A DNA stretch of 64,000 nt. Origin: Syncephalis fuscata S228 (taxonomy: Eukaryota > Fungi > Zoopagomycota). Of this stretch, positions 52,656 through 64,000 are shown piece after piece; position 1 is the stretch's first letter, and each line of letters starts with the position of its first letter. The DNA is taken from NCBI GenBank assembly GCA_025786725.1, contig JAHLTZ010000020.1:410634-474633 (forward strand). The letters run 5' to 3'. Under the pieces are notes generated by a model, which searched no databases, was not told the DNA's origin, and saw nothing but the letters and a program-made list of their open reading frames with translations. A program made the translations under genes and the position numbers.

Positions 52656-54316
52656 TTATTCAGGCACAAATATCATTACATCACAACGATCACCACCTGT
52701 AAATGCGTGAATACTAGAATGATGGTGTTGATGACCCGGCTTAATTACCGTTTGGTTCATTTCAATAGGCATACGTTGGACTAGTTGGCCGCTTGCCACA
52801 TCAAGCACTATAGGTCGGGCCTGTTGATTATTCTGCATGTAGAATAGATTGCCGATAAGATGACTTAGTTGACCTGATCCTCTTTTATTGATACACTGCA
52901 GTGTATCACCGGTGACTATGTCAAGTATATATAGAGCTCGTCGACTTGATTGTACTAAAACTCGCCTAGCGGTGACTGCAACACCAACTTGTGTCGCATT
53001 TAGATCATCACGTAGCCAAGTAATTTCATCAGACTCATTTTCCGCCGTTGAATGCATAATCACATAGTTTATCTGTCTGCCTGAATCATCGTCATTTGTA
53101 TTGCCATTTGCAGATGTTGTTTGATTAGAGTCCATATCCATTTTAGCCTGCTGATCATGTGGCAAGCGGTAAAGTAGAATTATGTAGTCATTATATCCCC
53201 GTTGACTTGATAGTCTGTCCGGCGGTGCCTGATTTCCTGGCTGCTTTTCGTCGTCTAGTTGCATCAATTTAACATGAAGCACGCCACGACCAACACAATG
53301 CGGATAACTAGCCGTTATATTAAATTCCCATACTTGCCAACTGATATAATGTTTTTGTGGTACTTTTTTAGCCGAATAAATCCAAATAGCATCGTCGCTT
53401 GTTTTCAAAACAGTAACTGTGCGATCGACACTTTTTAACGTGCCCTGACACCATCGGCGTCGTCCCAAATGATATAAACGTACTGGCTCTTTAGGAGAAA
53501 ATGAGACCATCCACTGATGTACAATCATGCCACGCTTAATGTTTTTAACTGACCAACCTGGCAGCATTGCAAGCTTGCCATCGCCATACTTATCATAATA
53601 TTCATTCGGTTTTGGATTGGGATTGTGTAGTGGCCGTCTAATGCCTGATAACCATGCCAGCATAACATGTTCGCGTCGTTTGAACCGTCGAACATACTTA
53701 TTGTGTACTTCAGTCTCTTCTGTTTCAATGGTGGCCCATACAGTGGTAAACAAGTGCGTATTTCTTACCCGTGCAATATCTCGCACAATCAGTTTTTAAC
53801 GGGTAAAGCCATAACATTAACATTGGCCACTTCGCTATTCTCCAAGCTGATTCTACGTGGATATTGCACATGAATAAGTTCATTGCATCCTATCAGCTGG
53901 ATTATTGCATGGCCACCCCACACAGCTCGTATCCAAACACCTTCAAAGCTGATGCCGTCCGGAAGTGGTACTGTTTGCCGTGAACAGCGACCTTGTTGCC
54001 AGTTATATTCAGTCAGACAGCGCTCAATAAACGCATCATACCAGTTAATATCATCGTCTAAATCGCTAAGCTGGCTTTTACTGCGTTGTTGTTGTAGTTT
54101 GCGTGTCTTATTCGTGTACCAAATGTACCATTCTCTTTCTCGGTGGTCGTCCAAACGAAAATTTTCCAAATATCTCATGCGCCACAGCCTTCGGTAATTC
54201 AATAGGCAGTAACGCAGGTGCCGACAACTGGCAGCTAGCAATATAAGCGTAGCATTGGATAAGAAATGACTAAGATGGAAGAAAACCTCCACCGGTATTT
54301 CTAGACAGGATGTCAT
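52656..54316 (-). CDS. F-box-like protein with beta-rich C-terminal region; 1 apparent frameshift near 53793
   Basis: EIPVEVFFHLSHFLSNATLILLAASCRHLR F-box pattern; ORFs 53789-54337 and 52656-53786 join by adding one A to an A5 run. Confidence 0.75.
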
Positions 54317-54524
54317 TGCACGACGAAAACAAAGCAAGTGGTGATAAGTTAAAGAATATGTTACATTGTATTAATAATCATACTACACGTCAGCTCATGC
54401 CTAAAGTGTTTAACTAATGCCTTTGAACAGCTAATTGTAATTTATTATTTGTTTTTAATAGGTTTATTTGGCTAATATCTTATTTATTTATATTTATTAT
54501 ATTATTAGATTAATATTAAACAGC

Positions 54525-54662
54525 TAGTTAATGATTTAATGTGATTTGATGATCAAATGACTATATTTAATAATATTTGCGTAATTAAACTACATATTTG
54601 TTCTATTGAACATGATGATGGATGTAAGTCATATAGGTCATCAAAGTATATGTATTGTAAAT
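54525..54662 (+). repeat. Diverged relic of the inverted-repeat family upstream of the F-box gene (parallels ~51938-52075)
   Basis: gttaatgatttaatgtgatttgatgatcaaatgactat..ttgttctattgaacatgatgatggatg. Confidence 0.65.
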
Positions 54663-56368
54663 GCCGCCCTATCGCAATATTAATATTTGCATTGTTTTAT
54701 TAGCTTTCTACAGTTTCATACAGACTTATTTGACGTTAACTAGTTTAGCAAGCAATAAACATAAATGGCCAGCATAATACATATTTTAAGCAATCAATAA
54801 GTTTAGGTATACTTTTATTTTTGTTTATCCGTGTGTATAGTTTAACAAATGAAATGAATCAAGTTTATTGGTAATTGAACTAGATACAAACGGATAACAG
54901 TTATGAATAGTACTTAACTAGTACAGAATAAATAATATGGAATAATATGAATAGCTGTGTTGAATTACATGCATAAAGCCTTACCATTGACACGTAATAT
55001 TTATAAACATTGTAAAACAACGTTATTTTTGTTATTTAAAACAAAAATGGCTATCATAAAAATATAATATTTTATTTGATAGCTATGACCACAGTAAAAA
55101 TGTCTTATTATAATAAATAATCCTTGAAATACCGATAGAATGTCATTTTACAAATTTAATCATAAAAGCATTGCGCCAGTGCTATCATAGTATTTGAAAA
55201 ATATTGAAAAGTGTTATACAATTACCTCGACTATAAACTAGCAAACAGATATTTACACGGTGTCATAGCTAATTAAGGTAAAGCATTTATGTAATCGAAA
55301 CAACTATAGTTGATAGCAGCTGCCACAAATAAATTATAATCTTATAACTGATTTAGAAATTGTGACTTGAATGACAAAATAACACCATATTCTAATGCTA
55401 TCTTATAATTCTAAACTTTGATGTTTTTAATACTTATATCAACACTTAAAGTTCGATGTGTTGGTTAGTTATATCAAATAGGTATTAACTATTAAACTAT
55501 ATTGTAAACGGTAAATGCTATAAAAACGGAATAATTACAACCCCTTTGATACGATGTACTAGTGTTATTAATAGAATGTCGTGAATCAATTACAATGATT
55601 ACCGATATTGTAAACTATGTTTACAATTACTAGCTATTGTTACATCCCTTCTCCTTGTTTACTGATAAGATTACTCTGTACTAAATCAGTCGCACTTGTC
55701 TATAAACAGCTACATGTTGTAGTAATAAAAGACTATCTTTACGCGCTGTTTGGGTGTTCACAATTGCTACATTCGTATTTGACACTATCACGTAATATAC
55801 CACTGAATAGAACAAATAAAATGATAAAACAGATATAAGAAAAATTAAAAATGCTATAAACGATAAAAGCAATTAAGCTTTTTAAAAACCGTAAAAACGA
55901 TGCATGATAATAATTCAATTATTGCTAAATGGAGATTCAATAAGTGATTGTAGAATAACCATTTGTGTTCTAGAATTTTAAAAACCGAAATTTTCCGTTT
56001 GCTAGATACATATATATACATATCAAACATTCCATCATGCTGCAATCATACTGCAATATAACCCTGTATACTGTTTTGTAAAAGCATGTCTTTTCTTTAC
56101 CAAATTGATTTATTTTCCCATGACTTGTTTAAAATGCTCCGCTAACTATCCAATTTGGTATCTCTGTTAATAACCACTTTGCATTAACTAGACTAGTAAT
56201 TACCAGCTATAAATAAGTTGAAAAAACCCACTACAATAAACTTTTCAATCAACATTCTTTCGCTCACGTATACCAATATATACATTATATTATCCATTCA
56301 TTTACTCACTACGAATATACAACCATTTATTTCTTCAATTGATTTCATTTACAGATAGTTAACCTATC

Positions 56369-57733
56369 ATGACGTTTAAGAATACCATACGACTAGCTGC
56401 TACCCTGGTGGTACTTGCAGTCATATCTTCCACTGATTTTACAGTGGCAAACCCCGGGGGTGGCGAAGCTGATATGAGTGGGAGTAAGTTATTTGTTAGT
56501 TTTATTCCTGCCGTTAATCAATTAATATGTATTTTAGAATTCAATGCTCCCGGAGTATTTTTAAGTCAGCCTATAAATCAACTCAAGTTTCCCGATAGCT
56601 CGCTTATTGTAAAGCAAGCACTAGGAAAATCAAATGGCACTGAGCTTGCGCTATCAATGCACAAAAACCGGCTATCGATCACGAAGTGTGTTCAATTTGC
56701 TTATGCTCCACCTCAAGGAGTGCCAGTTCTGCGGTCCCCGCCAATATTCAGCAGATTATGAAAACTAATCAAAATAGCATAAGGCAAGAGGAAGCTGCCG
56801 TTGCAGTAAGTAGTTTGTATGCTAAATATCAGTATTTGCTAACTTTGTAACTATAGATCCTTAACAAACCGCTATATCCAGCTGCCGGTAACGGTATACA
56901 GGGAAAACAATATGTTGCCGAGATCTATAACATGTTTCCATTTAAAACGTTTTATTGCTTTGTGTACTCCTATGGTGGTAACATGGCTCTGGATGAGTAT
57001 GTTAAATTACCGGAAGTTTCCAACAACAAGGCTGCAATCCTAAGTGATGTATTTAATCAAGTCTTACTTGGTAAGTGCAGCAATTGTTAAAATACAAATT
57101 ACTAAAGCTAGCCATTAAATCAACTAGGTCTTACCTATTTACATCAGATTGGTCTAGCACACAATGATGTTAAACCACAAAGTAAGTCAATCATTCGCTT
57201 TATTACACCGTACTAATGTTACACCAATAGATATCATGATCAACACGAATGCACCTAATAGCCCCACAAAACCCAAGGTTACTCTGATCGATTTTGACGC
57301 ATCCGTACCATTGAAACGCACTACACAAAATCAAATAGTGCCTGCGCTGAATATGCAAGGAACGCAACTATTTGTACCACCAGAAACCTATCATGGAAAA
57401 CCTTTCGATCTACGTCGAAAGGACAGCTGGGCAGCTGGTCTAACTTTCTTTATAACCGTGACCGGAGTATCGCCCTATGCGAATAGTGTTGCAAACGCTA
57501 ACGCTTTGGTTAATGAAATTGGCAATCTTGATCTTAATAATTGGTCAAAGCCTATTCTTCCTCAGCTCAACGCTAAATTGCAGCCTAGCGCAGGCCAAAC
57601 AGCCATCGTCAACATGGTGAATCAATTGCTGACGTTAGATGCAACGAAACGTCCAACTCCAGAAGAGTATTTGACTTCAGCATCATCATCTATGCTTACT
57701 AAAGGATTTAACTGGTTTAAATCCAAGCTCTAA
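56369..57733 (+). CDS. Divergent protein kinase with N-terminal signal peptide (5 exons, 1 apparent frameshift near 56730)
   Basis: MTFKNTIRLAATLVVLAVISSTDFTVA; ITKC, RQEEAA, GLTYLHQIGLAHNDVKPQNIMI, LIDFD, GTQLFVPPE, DSWAAG, KRPT. Confidence 0.82.
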
Positions 57734-58159
57734 TAAACACTATAGCCTTTTATCATCAACATAATCATTATCATAAATGTTATTCAGGGCACGTATCCTC
57801 TATCCCTATACTTTTGTTTTTATTGCATACTCGTGTTACTATATACTATTTTATCACATCAACCAAGCTATTTCTTATACATTTCAATAAAATTTATTAA
57901 TAAAGTCATTAATTTGTCTCTAGCTATATTCTTTGTAGACTTCATCGAGTGCACAATTTACGTTGAATTCTACCTTCTGTGACAAATACATAACAACGTA
58001 GCAATATTAGTAAAATAATTTATCTAATACCACATGTAGTTTAGTAATTATACTTCTAATCCAATTAAAACATAATCTTGAATTTTTAATGACTAATTTG
58101 ATTATTAGTATTTTTATACATCGATTAATTAAACATTACTATTGCAACAGTTACTTTTG

Positions 58160-59410
58160 CTATTTATTAATCAATTGTTTTGATGCCTCAATAGATTGTG
58201 CAACACTTTCGATGTTGCACGTATCAAGATCGCCTACATTCTCGCCTAGTTTGAAGCAGCCTTGTTGCACACGGCTAAGCGATACCATGTGAGCAGTAGA
58301 TCCTACAGCACGTCCAATATCGTAAATAAGCGATCGGATATACGTTCCTCCACTACACTCGACCCGAAGTCTAAACACAGCAGCTGGTGGTGGTATATCA
58401 GATGCAGTAGTCGAGTCGGCTTCATCAGCAGTATCAATAGCCATAGACAATGCTTTATTCGTCGTAGTTGGTATAGATTCATCGGCCAATGCCTGTGTAT
58501 CACTACCATCACCACCACCACCACCACTGCTCTTGTTGGCCTTTGTATTAGTACCATCTTGCTGCGTGGAAGTAGTCGGTTTTGGTACAGGTTGGCGATA
58601 GCTATGATCAACCGTAAATTCCTCTAGTTCAAGTGAGTAGATAGTAACTTCTCGAGCAACTAATTCCCGTGGAATTTCCTCGCCTTTACGTGCATAGTCA
58701 TACATGGGACGTCCATTGACCTTAAGAGCAGAATATCTAATGTCTATAAGTAAGTATTTATGCATTTAGAGTATTTAGAATATCTATTGTTTACATAGGC
58801 GGTATTTGCTGTATTGTCCACGGAATTGATCAAGTACACGTTCAATGGATTCACGTGTGACGTGTGTATACGGCGCTGTCTTTTCCAAATGTCCTTCCGA
58901 ATCATACGTATCCGTCATCGATCCTAATAAACCTTCACCAACATATACCTATGAGTAGACATACCAATATTTAAGCATATAATAACAATAACAACAAAAA
59001 CCACATACTTTAGCTCCATTAAGATATTTGTCAAGCTCTTTGGTACCACCATTAACGCCGATAACTAAATGGCTGTGTTAGCATCATAATATACTTTCTT
59101 CCCCTACTGTCTTACCTAAAACACCTGTTGCCAATGGATCCAACGTGCCACCATGTCCTACTTTGTACTTTATCTTTTGATTGAACTTTTTACGTGGATG
59201 CTTATTATTATTACGTGGCTGCATACCAAATACTTGGTGTTTAATCTTATCAACCACGTCATAACTTGACAGTCCCGATGGCTTATTGACGGCAAATACA
59301 CCATTAAGTTGACCCCGTAGCTTTTCCAATTCTTTCCATGTTGGCTTATCTTTTATATCTTCTTTCTTTGCTGCTGCTGCTACTGCTGCTGCCCCTTCAA
59401 CTAGTGTCAT
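58160..59410 (-). CDS. PUS4: tRNA pseudouridine-55 synthase (TruB/Pus4), multi-exon; ORF is open upstream into the UBA2 tail
   Basis: GVFAVNKPSGLSS, KVGHGGTLDPLATGVL, TDTYDSEG, QIPP.YSALKVNGRPMYDYARKG, VECSGGTYIRSL, LSRVQQG. Confidence 0.93.
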
Positions 59411-59443
59411 CTCAACTGTAGCCGTAGAAGATACCAATGGTTT

Positions 59444-61888
59444 ATCAATAATCATGATGTCATCGTCATCGTCTTGAATGGTAACGCTATTTATTGTGCT
59501 ATCCTCGTCTAAACTATCGAATTTACGCTTCTTATTATTAACAGCCGCTGCCTCAGCCGTATCAGCAGCCAATCCATTTGATGGCACTACCCAGTTGGCT
59601 GGTCGACTAATATCGGTACAGGTCCATCCAGTTGAATTGGCACATCTGCTGTAGCCAGTTCAGATCTATTTATCCATTGATTAGTTTATTCCTTGTAGCT
59701 ATCAAGTTATTACCGTTCAGCTATGATAAGTATTACTGTCCGACCTTCTCCCATGACATTAACATCATCTGGCATAACAGTTAATAGTTTTCCATTAGTC
59801 AAGCCTAATGAGGCCAGTGTTTTTGTTTTATTATCACACCAATCGACATCATATAGCATTCTATTATAACAAGTTAGTATTTTACCATAAAATGAATATA
59901 TTTACTGACCTACTCGCTTCCATTAGTGTTACTTCATCGCCCAGCCCTAGTCCACCAGCATCTACCGACGGTATAATAATACGATCAACTACATCACCTA
60001 GGGTGGCACGTTCAATATCCACCGGCAAAGTAATGTATACATTACGACACACATAACAGGCTGGATTTGGCGCAGATAATTGTTCAGGATAAAAGAGACG
60101 ATCACGACGACCACCATAACCAAGATAAATCTAATTGAATAATAAATAACATGTATTCACAACTATTCCCCATGATCTATTTACCGTTTTACATTCATCG
60201 ACTTGATGGTGTAATACTCTCATGGCTTGCATAACAATAACACCAGCAATAATGGCATTGGTAGAAGCAATAGCTGGAATAATACTGCCCGCCATAGCTA
60301 TTTGTTAAACATTAATGCCAATTTTAATTGCAATATACATGAATGGTTTTATAACCACCTACATTTAACATCAAATCGACTCTTTGGTTCTATATTAAAT
60401 AAAGATGCCCGTATATTAGAGGTTGCGGTAACAAAATCCAAAGTATCATTATCATCTTTATCAAACGATATTGCTGCATCTATATCATTCTCTTTTAGTT
60501 TAACAAGTCGCTCTCCCAAACGAGTAGTACTACATAGTATTAAAATAAGGTCAATTAATTGCCGTATATAGTCACACTAACCTATTGACAAATACTTGAA
60601 AGCATTCATTAATTGACCAAGTACGCTGCTCGTTCGTGGCCATTTCTTGTTGCTCTGTGCCTTTAACTGTATCATCAAGCAACCTTCCTTCGAATGTCTC
60701 ATATTGAAGTGGCACTGGAGGACTGCGCGACTGCCACATTTCTTCCATAGAGGCTAAACGTACAATATCATCATGGAATACCTATATATACATACATATA
60801 CATATACATACAATTAAATAATTGGTCTAAATAGCGGTATTTACCAAGTAGTATTTACCTTTTGGAATATTTGTTTGGCATAGCCGGGATGTCCAGCCGC
60901 ATCTCGAATACGTCCAAGTGCTTCAGCCTCACTATTTAAAAAGCTAATCTCTGCCGCTATAATCAGTTCATTATTAATACAAATAAACATCGTTAGATAG
61001 CTACAGTAATCATACCATTCTCGGCTGTTGTATCTGTAGTAATAGCTGTGTTATCGTCGTTATCATCAGGTCGATCGAATAGTTGGGCAAATAAATAACT
61101 TTTAGCCCACACAATACAATGAATAGGCGCAGTAGGTGTACTACGAATGGTACAAATGGGAAATGTGGTGGGTGTCGGTTTAGGTTGACAGTCAAAGCAT
61201 TCGGTTTTGTTCTAATTAAATATTAGTTAATCAGTTACTTGTTAGTTAATTAATACACTTTACTGGTTGAATTACTGTGGCCTGCCCCAAATAGCCAGCT
61301 GTACCCGATTCAATTAATGGCACATTGGCTGCTAAACACATACGATTGACATGTCTTCGTGCATCTAAATAGATGAATGGTCATTATAGCCATTAGATAT
61401 CAATGATTATTAGTTACCCGTTAAACTACACTACTTACCAAGATTATCAAGCGCATTAGTAACTAAATCAAATCCACGAAACCAATTAACATCAAAGCGT
61501 TGATCTTTAATATTTGCATGATGTGCTTGAATATCTACGGCTGGATTAAATTGTAATGCTGATTCACGCGCTACCTACAAACACACATATTATACAAGGT
61601 ATGGATTTTATCAATAAACACGTCTATTCATTGTTATCTATAGCTATTACTTACATTGGCTTTTGATAGCTTAATATGACGCTTTTGAAATAGGAATTGT
61701 CGATTTAGATTGGACAAGTCAATAGTATCAAGGTCAACGACTTCAATGCGTCTAAAACCCGACATTACGAGATTCTTCAGTAATTCACAGCCAATACCAC
61801 CGGCACCGACCATAAGTACGCGTGCCGAAGCAACACGCTGTAGTAGTGTACTTCCGTATAATAGATCGAGACGTGGTGTTGGCCGCAT
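59444..61888 (-). CDS. UBA2: SUMO-activating enzyme E1 subunit 2, multi-exon; assembled frame stops at 59587-59589, with the NLS/SIM tail in the next frame
   Basis: [95 protein letters not shown]. Confidence 0.92.
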
Positions 61889-62020
61889 CGTTAACAATGA
61901 GTGGAGAAGAAAGTAGTACCAAAATGATCGCCGTCTACGTTTCCGCTTTCTTCTTCTTTCCTCTTGCCTATTTTTGCTTTTTATTAAGCGAATCTGTTCT
62001 ATTTATTTATATTATAAGCA

Positions 62021-62542
62021 ATGGCACAATCTACGCTATCTACACATAAAGGCGGTTGTCATTGTGGTCTTATTCAATTTGAAGTTGATGCACCCGCTGA
62101 CAATCTAGAAATTGTAGAATGCAACTGCTCTATTTGTAACAAGAAAGGTAGCCATTTTATAATATTGCGTAATTTATTCGTGTCTAATATGCATATTAAT
62201 AGGCTATCTTCATTTGATTGTACCAAAGACGCGCTTCCGTTTGGCCGAAACGACAGATAAAGCGAATATTGCGCTATACACCTTTGGTACTGGTGTGGCA
62301 CAGCATTACTTTTGCCGAATCTGTGGCATTTCACCCTATTACATTCCACGTAGTAATCCTGATGGTGTTGATGTAAATATAGACAATTAGATCTGATCAA
62401 AGGCCTGTTATACTCTAACTAACTAGATGAATAGGTTAATTTCAGATGCTTAGACCAAGCAACCATTAATAGTCATACTATTAAGCCGTTTGATGGTCAG
62501 AACTGGGAGAAACAGCCGTCGCTTGCTCATCTATCCCAGTAA
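62021..62542 (+). CDS. CENP-V/GFA (Mss4-like) zinc-binding protein, 3 exons
   Basis: GGCHCG, CNCSIC.KKGYLHLIVP, YTFGTG.AQHYFCRICGISPYYIPRSNPDG, FDGQNWE. Confidence 0.92.
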
Positions 62543-63084
62543 ATACATACGTCGATCATTGCTCAGTTAAATCCATATCTCTTGCCTGTAGATTAATTGA
62601 TTTGATCTAGATGGTAGTACGGCGTATGCCTATAGGTTCATGGTCATGTGCAAGTGTGTATGTTGTGTACGTGTGCAGATTAGCCGCAACGTAATAACAA
62701 CAACGGCAATAGCAATAACGGCTATTGGCCTATCCTATTGATGGATATATACATCGTTAAATAAAAAAGTAAAATTTATACACACGTGTTAGTGATGAAT
62801 AGCTACTATACCACAAATAATAACACCACAAATCATACAACTACAATAAATATTAATATAATAGTAACAATAGTAATACCAACTATAATATAATAATAAT
62901 ATCCAATGCCATCACATTTGTACAATTGCTTTATTTATTCCTTTTGCACGACTATGTTGGTCTTGTGCACATGCAAAAAAGAAAAATAGAACTGACCAAA
63001 ACATCAACAGACATCACGTTGTAGTACGTCACCTGCCCTTGTTCTCTTTTCTTTCTCCACTCACGGATATCGTCTACCCCATAT

Positions 63085-63109
63085 TATATATATATATATA
63101 TATATATAT
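63085..63109. repeat. (TA)n microsatellite
   Basis: tatatatatatatatatatatatat. Confidence 0.9.
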
Positions 63110-63249
63110 TGGTGAACTGGTTATTACGCGTGCGTATGCCTTAGCAACTGTAACGCCAGACAATAGTTTTTTATCTTTCTGTTGCTACCGCCACCGTGTT
63201 ATCTATTGCTTTGGTTTGTCATTACAGCTAGTGCTTATTTGCTTTCAAT

Positions 63250-64000
63250 ATGCTTGCCGACCCACATCCAGAATTTACGGATAAGCAACGTGAACAGTAT
63301 GAACGACTTGGACGTGAATTTATTCTGTCTACAGACAAGCTTAAAGAGCTCCATGGCAGCTTCATCGAAGCTATGAATCTCGGCTTGTCCGAGTATGGAT
63401 CGACAGTGCCGATGATCCCTGCGTATGTTGTTAATCGGCCTACGGGTAACGAAGTTGGCACTTATTTGGCACTTGATTTAGGCGGCACCAACTTGCGCGT
63501 CTGTTCAATCCGTCTACATGGTGCTGGCCGCATTACCGTACGTCAGCGTAAGTTTACCGTACCTGATACTATCAAGATTGGCCCTGGCAAAACACTATTC
63601 GACTTTCTTGCCGAATGTGTTGGTATCTACATCACTGAAGTGCTAATGCCCGAGAGTGAGAATAAGCCGGTCAATGAAGAGCTATTACTTGGATTTACCT
63701 TCTCCTTCCCGCTTAATCAAACGGCCATTGATCGTGGCACGGTGATGTACTGGAACAAGGGCTTTGATCTACCGGATACCGTTGGCAAGGACGTCGTTCA
63801 GATGCTACAGTCGGCACTGCACCGCCGTAATCTGCACGTACGTGTTACAGCCGTTGTTAACGATACCGTTGGCTGTCTACTCGCCAACGCATATCGTGAT
63901 CCAAATACCCTTGTGGGTGTGATTTTTGGTACCGGCACGAATGCCGCTTTCTATGCACGCATTCCTACCATTACTAAATGGACGGCCAAACACGATCCAG
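63250..64000 (+). CDS. Hexokinase, N-terminal part (runs off window)
   Basis: VPMIPAYV, YLALDLGGTNLRV, LGFTFSFPLNQ, WNKGF, VVNDTVGCL, GVIFGTGTNA. Confidence 0.95.
   Translation, partial: MLADPHPEFTDKQREQYERLGREFILSTDKLKELHGSFIEAMNLGLSEYGSTVPMIPAYVVNRPTGNEVGTYLALDLGGTNLRVCSIRLHGAGRITVRQRKFTVPDTIKIGPGKTLFDFLAECVGIYITEVLMPESENKPVNEELLLGFTFSFPLNQTAIDRGTVMYWNKGFDLPDTVGKDVVQMLQSALHRRNLHVRVTAVVNDTVGCLLANAYRDPNTLVGVIFGTGTNAAFYARIPTITKWTAKHDP

Noticed and set aside
59585-59600. Programmed -1 frameshift in UBA2 (and in ZnT, CAP genes)
   Set aside because: No X XXY YYZ slippery site seen; same pattern as the window-wide homopolymer deletions

Overview
AT-rich eukaryotic DNA with short GT-AG introns (mostly ~50-80 nt) and fungal-type genes. 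It most resembles an early-diverging fungus; a Zoopagomycota parasite such as Syncephalis is an inference from gene content only. Housekeeping genes: RHO1, ABHD12-like hydrolase, GSI/FluG-type glutamine synthetase, endosulfine (Igo1), Faf1-like, MAPEG, HAL-family kinase, STF2/TMA10-like, CDF zinc transporter, EFL1/RIA1, SDR, PUS4, UBA2, CENP-V/GFA and a partial hexokinase. These are interleaved with a candidate secreted-effector repertoire: four CAP/SCP proteins with hypervariable tails, three tandem 2H-phosphoesterase-like proteins that all lack the first catalytic His, and a signal-peptide-bearing divergent protein kinase. An AT-rich inverted-repeat element family has three near-identical copies plus relics; one copy carries the 3' end of an F-box gene, ending 11 nt past a 20-bp palindrome. 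Other highlights: the UBA2 C-terminal tail is in frame with PUS4 (fusion or near-zero intergenic space), a candidate TopoVIB-like meiotic gene, a candidate Pex20-like peroxin, and a CpA>TpA-biased (RIP-like) patch. Many conserved genes carry 1-bp frameshifts at short homopolymers, probably consensus errors, so gene-intactness calls are provisional. No tRNA, rRNA or CRISPR was recognised.
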